39,845 bases of DNA from a virus. Its lineage: Duplodnaviria > Caudoviricetes. Position 1 is the stretch's first letter; each line of letters begins with the position of its first letter. The stretch lies in the IMG/VR virus record IMGVR_UViG_3300038829_000102, positions 1-39,845 of that record. One strand, 5' to 3'. This document shows, piece after piece, positions 1 through 6,629 of the stretch. Below the pieces are notes generated by a model that had not been told where the DNA came from, did not search any database, and saw only the letters and a program-made list of their open reading frames with translations. The position numbers and the translations under genes are program-made.

Positions 1-1
1 G

Positions 2-619
2 CGTAGGGGTCGGCACCGATGCATAGAGATTGGCCAGCCAAGCGAGATCGATGGGGCTTCCCTCGCCCACGTAGATCTCCCCAGGGCCCCTACCGTAGGG
101 CTTACTCGGAAAGAAGTAGACTCGGCTGAGGTTTGCGCACGTGAGGTCTGCCGGGATTTTGTAGTGGGTGCGGATCAGGTTCCAGGTTCTAGGCCAGTCT
201 GCCGGCAGAACGGGCGCAGAGATCGCGAGTATCAGGCGGTAGCTACCGGCCGAATGGGTGCCGTGACAGGCGTAGCGAAGCCCCGAAAGGCCCTCTGCTA
301 GGTCCGCCATCGCTTCAGGCGCGGGGTTATCGAGGTCAAACACGGCAAGTGTGATCGCGCGCACGTTAGCGTCGGCGCGACGCTCACAATCGGCCGCGTA
401 ATCGGCCGGACTCCATGCCTCAACCTTTTTGTGCTCGCAATGGTGCCCAAGGCAGTCACCTTCCCTAGGACGCTCGGGATCGGGTTCCTTGCAGGCGGTT
501 ACCTTGAAACTCGAAAGCTCGGAAACGAGATCGTCCCAAGACACTTCGACGGGCTTAGGGTCGTTATCCCCAGGCCCGTCGAAAAGTGCGATCCGATAAA
601 GGGGTTCACCTTGCGCCAT
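2..619 (-). CDS. AEP-type primase (N-terminal part of a probable primase/helicase), truncated by the window edge
   Basis: Not in the ORF track; translated by hand from ATG 619 with no stop to the edge: MAQGEPLYRIALFDG...TLAVFDLD...ACHGTHSAGSYRLILAIS...DLTCANLSRVYFFP. Has hhhDxD plus HxTxS and YRL motifs typical of phage AEP/VirE-N primases; AGGAG upstream at 631-635. Confidence 0.75.
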   Translation of the reverse strand, partial: MAQGEPLYRIALFDGPGDNDPKPVEVSWDDLVSELSSFKVTACKEPDPERPREGDCLGHHCEHKKVEAWSPADYAADCERRADANVRAITLAVFDLDNPAPEAMADLAEGLSGLRYACHGTHSAGSYRLILAISAPVLPADWPRTWNLIRTHYKIPADLTCANLSRVYFFPSKPYGRGPGEIYVGEGSPIDLAWLANLYASVPTPT

Positions 620-658
620 GTGTAGCATGACTCCTGAACTGTGCAACGTGTGTGCCGG

Positions 659-687
659 AAACTAGTCTTTGTACGCATCTACGTCAA
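659..687 (-). promoter_or_regulatory. sigma70-like promoter upstream of the primase
   Basis: Minus strand reads TTGACG-17 nt-TAGTTT, 40 nt before the primase start. Confidence 0.55.
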
Positions 688-761
688 CGCGGTCGATACT
701 CCCCTGAAAGCGTAGGATGCGGCAAATCACCCGGCCGCATCAACGGGCCTTTCTAGGAGTT

Positions 762-1418
762 CTAAGGAATGATCCCCCGCGCGCGGGCCCAATCGATCCA
801 ATCGGGATGGGTCTCTTTCGCCATCGTGACGAGGTCCGCGATCGAGGCATCGGGGTTGCTGTCCACCCATGCCAGCGACTCGGGGCATGCGCCCAAAAGC
901 CAGAGCATACGAGAAAGAGGAGATTTCACCCCGAGGTCCGCGCCCTGGAGGTTCGCGCCCCGGAGGTTCGCGCCCGTGAGGTCCGCGCACCGGAGGTTCG
1001 CGCCCCGGAGGTCCGCGCCCCGGAGGTTCGCGCCCCGGAGGTTCGCGCCCCGGAGGTTCGCGCCCGTGAGGTCCGCGCCCCGGAGGTTCGCGTCCTGGAG
1101 GTTCGCGCCCCGGAGGTCCGCGCCCCCGAGGTTCGCGTCCTGGAGGTTCGCGCCCAGGAGGTTCGCGCCCCCGAGGTTCGCGTCCTGGAGGTTCGCGCCC
1201 CGGAGGTTCGCGCCCAGGAGGTTCGCGTCCAGGAGGTTCGCGCCCAGGAGGTTCGCGCCCAGGAGGTCCGCGTCCTGGAGGTTCGCGCCCCGGAGGTTCG
1301 CGCCCCGGAGGTCCGCGCCCTGGAGGTACGCGCGCTCGCCTTTGGTCTCGGCCGAGTATCGGGTTTCCAGCCACAGCGCATGTGCCGCAAGTATTTTATT
1401 CAGTTTTGCAGGGTTCAT
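762..1418 (-). CDS. Pentapeptide repeat protein
   Basis: Long A(D/N)LxG/D repeat run after a typical '[12 protein letters not shown]...GERAYL' N-cap; ATGA overlap with the upstream gene. Confidence 0.92.
   Translation of the reverse strand: MNPAKLNKILAAHALWLETRYSAETKGERAYLQGADLRGANLRGANLQDADLLGANLLGANLLDANLLGANLRGANLQDANLGGANLLGANLQDANLGGADLRGANLQDANLRGADLTGANLRGANLRGANLRGADLRGANLRCADLTGANLRGANLQGADLGVKSPLSRMLWLLGACPESLAWVDSNPDASIADLVTMAKETHPDWIDWARARGIIP
930..1330. repeat. 15-bp tandem repeat array encoding the pentapeptide repeats
   Basis: Repeated (g)aggt(t/c)cgcg(c/t)cc(c/a/t)gg-like units; this explains the spurious overlapping ORFs in other frames. Confidence 0.9.
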
Positions 1419-1798
1419 GTGGTCATTATCCTCGTTACGGGTTTTCGGTTTCGTTCTCTTCGTCGAATTCCGGATCGCACGCAGTCACGGCATGCGCAAT
1501 CGATGTAGCCTGTTTCGGTGCAGATCTGAGGGACCTTATCCTCAGCGTAGGCGGACTCGATTCGCTCGCTACATTCAGCGCAGTAGAGATCGGGATCTTC
1601 GTAGTTCACATCGGCCGTGCAAATGAACGCACGGTGGGTGCCTGCCTCGTGCGCTTCACGCCGATCGGTGCTCGCACACTCGGGGCACAGAACCGCGGGA
1701 TCTCGATTCTCCGCTGTGGCCACGATGTAGAACAGAGGGTAACTGCCCAGCGACGTGTACTTATCGAGTTTCGGAATGTGAGGGAAGCTTTTAGCCAT
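1415..1798 (-). CDS. Cys-rich hypothetical protein (probable Zn-binding)
   Basis: [10 protein letters not shown]...GSYPLFY...CPEC...CAEC...CACRDC. Start placed at ATG 1798 because the upstream in-frame extension runs through the structured region. Confidence 0.6.
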   Translation of the reverse strand: MAKSFPHIPKLDKYTSLGSYPLFYIVATAENRDPAVLCPECASTDRREAHEAGTHRAFICTADVNYEDPDLYCAECSERIESAYAEDKVPQICTETGYIDCACRDCVRSGIRRRERNRKPVTRIMTT

Positions 1799-1915
1799 GT
1801 CAGTGCCCCAAGAGATAATCGGAAATACGGCCGTTGTCGTTACTCGGAATGTGGCTACGCCGCGCGACCAGTACAGAACCCGTCCACCCACAGCGCTGTA
1901 TGTTTCGTGGTTTTC

Positions 1916-2142
1916 ATTTTGCAGAAATCTCGATAGGTGCCCCGCGTTATGCAAGCCCCGCGGTATCGCCTTCACGTCAGGATTGACCAATATGCCGGGT
2001 TTCTCTTCGGGCCCGTGAGCTAGCACGGGGAGTGTTTCCGGTGTGGCTTCCTATCGAGACCTCTGCAAAATTGGGGAGTGACTAGCTCCCCACCACTGCT
2101 CCGGGCGCTACGGTCGTCAGCCGTAACCAGCGGGTACCCGGA
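1916..2142 (-). ncRNA. Candidate structured early RNA (22-bp closing stem with internal hairpins/pseudoknot, preceded by two hairpins)
   Basis: Inverted repeat 1916-1937 / 2050-2071 matches 20/22, and both mismatches become G-U pairs only on the minus strand. Additional hairpins at 2072-2092 and 2100-2142. Confidence 0.55.
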
Positions 2143-2145
2143 ATC

Positions 2146-2187
2146 TGTATATCACGCGACCGCGGTAGGCAATGCCTACAATATAAT
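2146..2187. promoter_or_regulatory. Candidate early leftward promoter overlapped by a dyad operator
   Basis: Minus strand TTGCCT...TGaTATACA; palindrome GTAGGC-AAT-GCCTAC at 2165-2179; TATAAT on the plus strand at 2182-2187. Confidence 0.4.
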
Positions 2188-2247
2188 TATCCGATCGGGC
2201 CCTCGGATGTTGCTTCGGGGATATTACGGTTCATTTTGCCGGGTTTT

Positions 2248-2546
2248 GTTCTATGCTTGAAAAACGCAAGTGGTTGAATGAGGCCCTGAACAGACGAGCA
2301 TGGATCAGACCCCGGTACAGCGCAAGCTTATGAGATAACAGCGGAAAAGAGCCTTTGTTCTATGTTCTAGGCTGTTCCGGGTGGATCCGTAACCTATATA
2401 GGGGATCCTGATCTCTCCATACTACCTTTGTCTACCTCTCTACTTCTCTTCTAAAGAGATCTCTAAAGATCAACATAGAACATAGAACAGTAGGCAAATA
2501 TCCCCGAGATTTCCAATGCTTATGCCGTTCTATGCTGTGTTCTATG
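2248..2546. repeat. GTTCTATG iteron-like repeats in both orientations (candidate replication origin)
   Basis: Exact copies at 2248, 2357, 2527, 2539 (+) and 2474, 2481 (-), in an AT-richer, gene-free interval. Confidence 0.6.
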
Positions 2547-2613
2547 CTGGCGCGCGCGCGAGTAGAATCAGGCGCTTGCGCTGAATAGACCTAGAACGCG
2601 ACATTTATGTCCG

Positions 2614-2658
2614 TATGGTCACGTATCGTCACGTAGTGTATGGTCACGTATGGTGCAG
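2614..2658 (+). repeat. 10-bp direct repeats TAT(G/C)GTCACG
   Basis: tatggtcacg 2614, tatcgtcacg 2624, tatggtcacg 2639, degenerate tatggtgcag 2649; TTGACA follows at 2691-2696. Confidence 0.7.
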
Positions 2659-2731
2659 ACTGCTACCCCGTCCCCCTCCCTTTACTGCGCTTGACAAAAG
2701 CGAGCATTCGGGCAGGATTCCATGCAATTCC

Positions 2732-3178
2732 ATGGCCAATTACCGCACAATCGAGCGATTTCTCGGAAAGCCCAAGGCTTTGAATCGTAAAACATGGAGA
2801 GAAGCGCTCCGAAACGCGGTAGGTCCCTCTGGCGAGCGCCTGTGGAGCATGATGCTGGAACTTGCCGAGGGCCGCGCATGGCGCCCTACGTGGCAAGAGA
2901 ACGGCGTGGAACACGTAGGCGAGCCTGTGGTGCCCACGAGCGGGGACAGGCTCGCTGCCATGCGCGAGCTAGCTCACATGCTTTTCGGAAAGCCCGTCCC
3001 TCAGACTGAGGCAGCAAACGCGGAACATGAAGCGAGAGAAGTAGAAGCCGCTCGTGCACTCACGGATGCTGAACTAGAAGCCCGTGTGAGGGCCGCTTTG
3101 ACCCCAGGTGAAGCGCTCGACACGTCGCTAGGTGGTCGCGTCGTAGATGGCGCGATCGTTGCTACGGACAAGAACTAG
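2732..3178 (+). CDS. Probable terminase small subunit-like protein
   Basis: First gene of the late block; 'DRLAAMRELAHMLFGKP...ALTDAELEARV' helical pattern as in TerS-like proteins. Call is mainly positional. Confidence 0.5.
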   Translation: MANYRTIERFLGKPKALNRKTWREALRNAVGPSGERLWSMMLELAEGRAWRPTWQENGVEHVGEPVVPTSGDRLAAMRELAHMLFGKPVPQTEAANAEHEAREVEAARALTDAELEARVRAALTPGEALDTSLGGRVVDGAIVATDKN

Positions 3179-3300
3179 GCCAGTCACCATCAGACCTACA
3201 TCATCGCACACCTGACCTAGTTACGGGCACTTACCCGATCGACTCCACCCACCCCCTCTCGTTGAAGATCACGATATGTGCGTATGAGTCGGGGTATTAT

Positions 3301-3369
3301 TTCCAGAACATGCTCCGGGTTTCGCACTGAGGGGCGTTGTTTAATATTCCGGAACATGTTCCGGGTTTC
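3301..3369. promoter_or_regulatory. Tandem operator-like dyads
   Basis: 23-bp direct repeat TTCC(A/G)GAACATG(C/T)TCCGGGTTTC at 3301 and 3347; the second copy contains the perfect palindrome CCGGAACATGTTCCGG (3349-3364). Confidence 0.55.
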
Positions 3370-3390
3370 CAAAAGAGAGCGGGATATAAA

Positions 3391-3834
3391 ATGAATATCA
3401 AGGACGCGGAGCAGTGCATCAAGGAAGTGTTCGGGCCGGAGACCAAGGTTTTCCCCCGCGAGGATTTCATCAGCGGCCAGAAGCGCGTGCTCCGGCCGCT
3501 GGAAGAGGGCGAGGATGCCGTAGAGCATGACGGCCGCTACTTGGTCGGCGAGAAGCTGGTCATCCTCGGAACCGGGAAGACGTGGGAGGACGCGCTCCGC
3601 GGCCCCGTCTCGACCGAGATGGGCCGACGCCGAGCGCTTGCCGCCAAGCGTGCCGCCATCGCCAACCACGAAGGCGAGATGTTCGCCCTCTTCCTTCGGG
3701 AGTTGTACCACTCCCGCTTCGAGGAGTGGCGTCTTAGTTCGCCGCTCGCTAAGGAGCAGGATGCCGCGTTCGAGAAGGAACTCGAAAAGGCCGAGGAGGC
3801 GCAGAAGACGCCGGCCGGAGCCCCCCGTGCTTGA
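3391..3834 (+). CDS. Hypothetical protein
   Basis: ATG 3391, GC3-rich codons, overlaps the next gene by 8 nt. Confidence 0.7.
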   Translation: MNIKDAEQCIKEVFGPETKVFPREDFISGQKRVLRPLEEGEDAVEHDGRYLVGEKLVILGTGKTWEDALRGPVSTEMGRRRALAAKRAAIANHEGEMFALFLRELYHSRFEEWRLSSPLAKEQDAAFEKELEKAEEAQKTPAGAPRA

Positions 3835-4240
3835 TTCACGGTACGCTACCGCGGACGATCTCCGCTTCGTTCGAGATTCGTGGTTCGAGTCCTTCCGGCG
3901 CGGCGGCTACGCGCCGGAGGTCGGTTTCGATCTCTTCTCGGAAGGTCAGCGGCTCCTGATCGCCCACCTGACCGAGACGCCCATGAAGCCGGTTGTGGTC
4001 GCCTACGCCACGAAGACTCCGGACGAGATCCTTTCCTGGATCTGCTTCGACCGCTCCACCGTTCACTTCGTTTACACGAAGGCCGCCTACCGCAAGATGA
4101 GGCTCGCGGCCAACCTCCTGGAGCTTCACGGACCTTTCAAGTTCTACAGCCATCAGACGCGGGCCGGCATGCAACTTGCCAAGAAGCTCGGGCTTCGATA
4201 CAACCCCTACCTCACCATGAAAGGAAACGGCCCCACATGA
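3827..4240 (+). CDS. GNAT-family acetyltransferase-like protein
   Basis: GGAG then GTG start; RYATADDLRFVRDSW...EILSWI...VHFVYTKAAYRKMRLAANLL resembles GNAT motif A. Confidence 0.65.
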   Translation: MLDSRYATADDLRFVRDSWFESFRRGGYAPEVGFDLFSEGQRLLIAHLTETPMKPVVVAYATKTPDEILSWICFDRSTVHFVYTKAAYRKMRLAANLLELHGPFKFYSHQTRAGMQLAKKLGLRYNPYLTMKGNGPT

Positions 4241-4416
4241 GCAAGTATTGCCGCCCGAAGGTCCGCACGATGTTCCGAAAAAGCCACCGCATCCAGGGGA
4301 ACCGCGTCAGGTCCATCAACTACCCCGACCCGGTCACGATCTGGAAGCTGATGCGGAACATGAAGAAAGCCGTAACGCAGGCCAACAACAACGCCGTACT
4401 GAAGGAAAAGGAATAA
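4237..4416 (+). CDS. Small basic hypothetical protein
   Basis: ATGA overlap with the GNAT gene; AAAGGA upstream. Confidence 0.6.
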   Translation: MSKYCRPKVRTMFRKSHRIQGNRVRSINYPDPVTIWKLMRNMKKAVTQANNNAVLKEKE

Positions 4417-4419
4417 CCC

Positions 4420-4806
4420 ATGAAGATCGACACCCTCCACCTCGTGAACTCCCTCAGTCCATCAGGCCTTACCTCGAAGGATAACGACTTCGAGCCCAAC
4501 GAGCTGGGCGTGCTCGTCACCCCGAAGGGCGGCCAGCGCTCGTTTTCAAAGCGCGTCCGCTTCATCCCCTGGGCGAACATTAAGGCGTGCGACGTAGCCG
4601 AGGAGAGACCCCCGGAGCCTGTCACCACAGAGCCCCAATCTCAGACGCCGGCCAGCACGCCGGTCGAGCCCGGTACGCCCCCGCCCGATGTGGTCAAGTT
4701 CGTGAAGAACGAGAAAACAGGCCAAATCGAAGAGACCCGTATGCCACACCGCTCGGCGGTATTCGCGGGTCTCCGTGACGCGAAGGCCGAGCCGACCCCG
4801 GAGTAA
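4420..4806 (+). CDS. Hypothetical protein
   Basis: AAGGA RBS; fills the gap to terL; Pro-rich linker. Confidence 0.7.
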   Translation: MKIDTLHLVNSLSPSGLTSKDNDFEPNELGVLVTPKGGQRSFSKRVRFIPWANIKACDVAEERPPEPVTTEPQSQTPASTPVEPGTPPPDVVKFVKNEKTGQIEETRMPHRSAVFAGLRDAKAEPTPE

Positions 4807-4809
4807 GCG

Positions 4810-6351
4810 ATGGCTGAGATTCCGGGTCGCGCGCTATTCGAGGAGTACGAGCGACGGCGTAGAGCCAAGGTCGCCGTCTCCGGCACGGTAGCCGCGATCC
4901 GGAAGGAGTTGTTCGCCCAGCAGAACGCTGTACACGATGATACATCTCGGAACAAGACGCTCCTATGCACCCGCCGCGCAGGCAAGACGCAGTATCACGC
5001 CCGCGGCGGGACGATCATCGCACTCGAAAACCCCGGCACCCTCCAACGTATCTGGGGAATCAACCGACTTCGCGCGAAGCAACTGATCTGGGAAGAACTC
5101 AAGGCTCTCATCCGCCGCCACAAGATTGATCTTGACCCGTCCTACAACAAGGGCCAGCCCAACGAGACCGAACTCACCGTAAGGTTCGCGAACAAATCGG
5201 AAATTCGTCTCCTCGGCGCCGACAAAGAGCAGGAGGCCGAGAAGAAACGCGGTGACAAGACGATTCGCGAAACGGTCCTTGAGGCCCAGCTCTTTGGCCA
5301 CTTTCTCCAGAAACTCGTAGAAGACATTGCCGAGCCCTGCCTCTTCGACTTGCAAGGTGACTTCGTTCTAGAAGGAACGCCCGGCCCTATTTGTGCTGGC
5401 TACTGGTTCGAGGTCTCGGGCCGAAACGACACCGACAGCCGTTGGATCTCGCCGGGCGGCAAAGACGGCATCGGTGCCGGTTGGAGCTGCCATCGCTGGA
5501 GCGTGCTGGACAATCCGTTCATGCCGCACGCGAAGGTCTCCCTTCTCGAACTCAAAAAGAAGCGTCGTTGGACGGAAGAGAGCCCGACTTACAAGCGTGA
5601 GTGGCGCGGTCTGTGGGTCAACGATCTCACGGCCCTCTTCTACAAGTTCGATCCGGCGCGCAACATCTTCCACCCGGAAGACTTCCAGCCGTGGGGACCG
5701 GGTTGGGAACACACGCTGGGATGGGACCTCGGCTCGATCGATGACATGGCGCTCGTGGTGTGGGGTTACCATCCGAGTTACCCGGACCTCTACGAGGCGT
5801 TCTCCTGGAAGCAGCCGGGCGCGAGCGCGTCCGAGGTTCTGGAGCAGATCGAACAACTAGAAAAGCGTGGCTTCAACTTCGTGAAGATGGTGGCGGACAC
5901 ACAGGGCGGCGGCAAGATGTACGTGGAAGAGGTCGAGCGCCGATACAAGCGCCACTTCGACGCCGCGAAGAAGTCCGACAAGTCCGATCACGTGCGCCTG
6001 ATGAACGATGACTTTCTCGGAGGATTCCTCAAGCTGGCGGACGGCTCGCCGTACCAACAGGAGATCGCGGCCCTCATGCGCGATCCGGAGTGGCCGCCCC
6101 CGGACAAGCCGAAGGCGCCCCCGCGCGAGAGCCCGAAGTGCCCCAACCACTGCTCCGATGCCGGCCTGTACGGTTACCGCGATGTCTGGCACTTCCTCCA
6201 TTCGCAGGAGGACTTACCGCCGCCACAGGGCTCGGAGCAGCACCATGCGGCCGAGGTACGTAAAATGCAGGAGGCCCTTGTCAAACGTGCCCACAAGCGG
6301 CAGAATCCGGACGACTACTTCGAAGCTGAGGAGTTTGACCCATGGCACTGA
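4810..6351 (+). CDS. terL: Terminase large subunit
   Basis: Walker A-like CTRRAGKT, coupling motif LEGTP, DNP, nuclease GWDLG...D, and a C-terminal NHCSDAGLY motif; lies upstream of the portal. Confidence 0.9.
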   Translation: MAEIPGRALFEEYERRRRAKVAVSGTVAAIRKELFAQQNAVHDDTSRNKTLLCTRRAGKTQYHARGGTIIALENPGTLQRIWGINRLRAKQLIWEELKALIRRHKIDLDPSYNKGQPNETELTVRFANKSEIRLLGADKEQEAEKKRGDKTIRETVLEAQLFGHFLQKLVEDIAEPCLFDLQGDFVLEGTPGPICAGYWFEVSGRNDTDSRWISPGGKDGIGAGWSCHRWSVLDNPFMPHAKVSLLELKKKRRWTEESPTYKREWRGLWVNDLTALFYKFDPARNIFHPEDFQPWGPGWEHTLGWDLGSIDDMALVVWGYHPSYPDLYEAFSWKQPGASASEVLEQIEQLEKRGFNFVKMVADTQGGGKMYVEEVERRYKRHFDAAKKSDKSDHVRLMNDDFLGGFLKLADGSPYQQEIAALMRDPEWPPPDKPKAPPRESPKCPNHCSDAGLYGYRDVWHFLHSQEDLPPPQGSEQHHAAEVRKMQEALVKRAHKRQNPDDYFEAEEFDPWH

Positions 6352-6626
6352 AACCTACGGAACTCGGAGAACTGTTGGACGTCCTTCGCGCAAAGGGCGT
6401 TGTGGAATTCAAACACCACGACGAAACAGGCACGATCATGCTCAAGTTCGGCCCAGCAGAAGCTTCGAGTTCCGAGGTGCCGGCCAAGCGTGGCGTAAAG
6501 GCCGCGTTTCAAGAGATGATGGCGCCGACCCGAAAGCCCAGGGGACCGGACGGACTGACGGCCGAGCAGCAAGAGGAAGTCTATGGCGTCGTCCTGGATG
6601 ACATTCCCGATTCACCTGAGGACTGA
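6342..6626 (+). CDS. Hypothetical protein between terminase and portal
   Basis: GAGGAG RBS, ATG, tight packing with neighbours. Confidence 0.7.
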   Translation: MALKPTELGELLDVLRAKGVVEFKHHDETGTIMLKFGPAEASSSEVPAKRGVKAAFQEMMAPTRKPRGPDGLTAEQQEEVYGVVLDDIPDSPED

Positions 6627-6629
6627 CGA

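Noticed and set aside
930-1330. Possible CRISPR array
   Set aside because: The repeats are contiguous with no unique spacers and encode protein; no cas genes are present.
717-1626. Several long overlapping ORFs with EVRAP, RRFAP, GREPP and ARTSG repeats
   Set aside because: They are alternative-frame shadows of the 15-bp pentapeptide array; only 762-1418 has recognisable non-repeat caps and a coupled start.
1978-2010. Minus-strand AGAAACCCGGCATATTGGTCA resembles the 3' conserved region of RNase P RNA, and GAAAC/CCGAAGA resembles a hammerhead core
   Set aside because: No proper GAGGAAAGUCC partner or P1 closure, and no CUGANGA with a valid stem III; treated as chance unless a covariance model hits.
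1916-2071. Retron msr-msd or IS/MITE ends
   Set aside because: No reverse transcriptase or transposase in the window, no long msd hairpin, and no evident target-site duplication.
3301-3369. LexA (SOS) box
   Set aside because: GAAC-N2-GTTC fits neither the GAAC-N4-GTTC nor the GTTC-N7-GTTC spacing.
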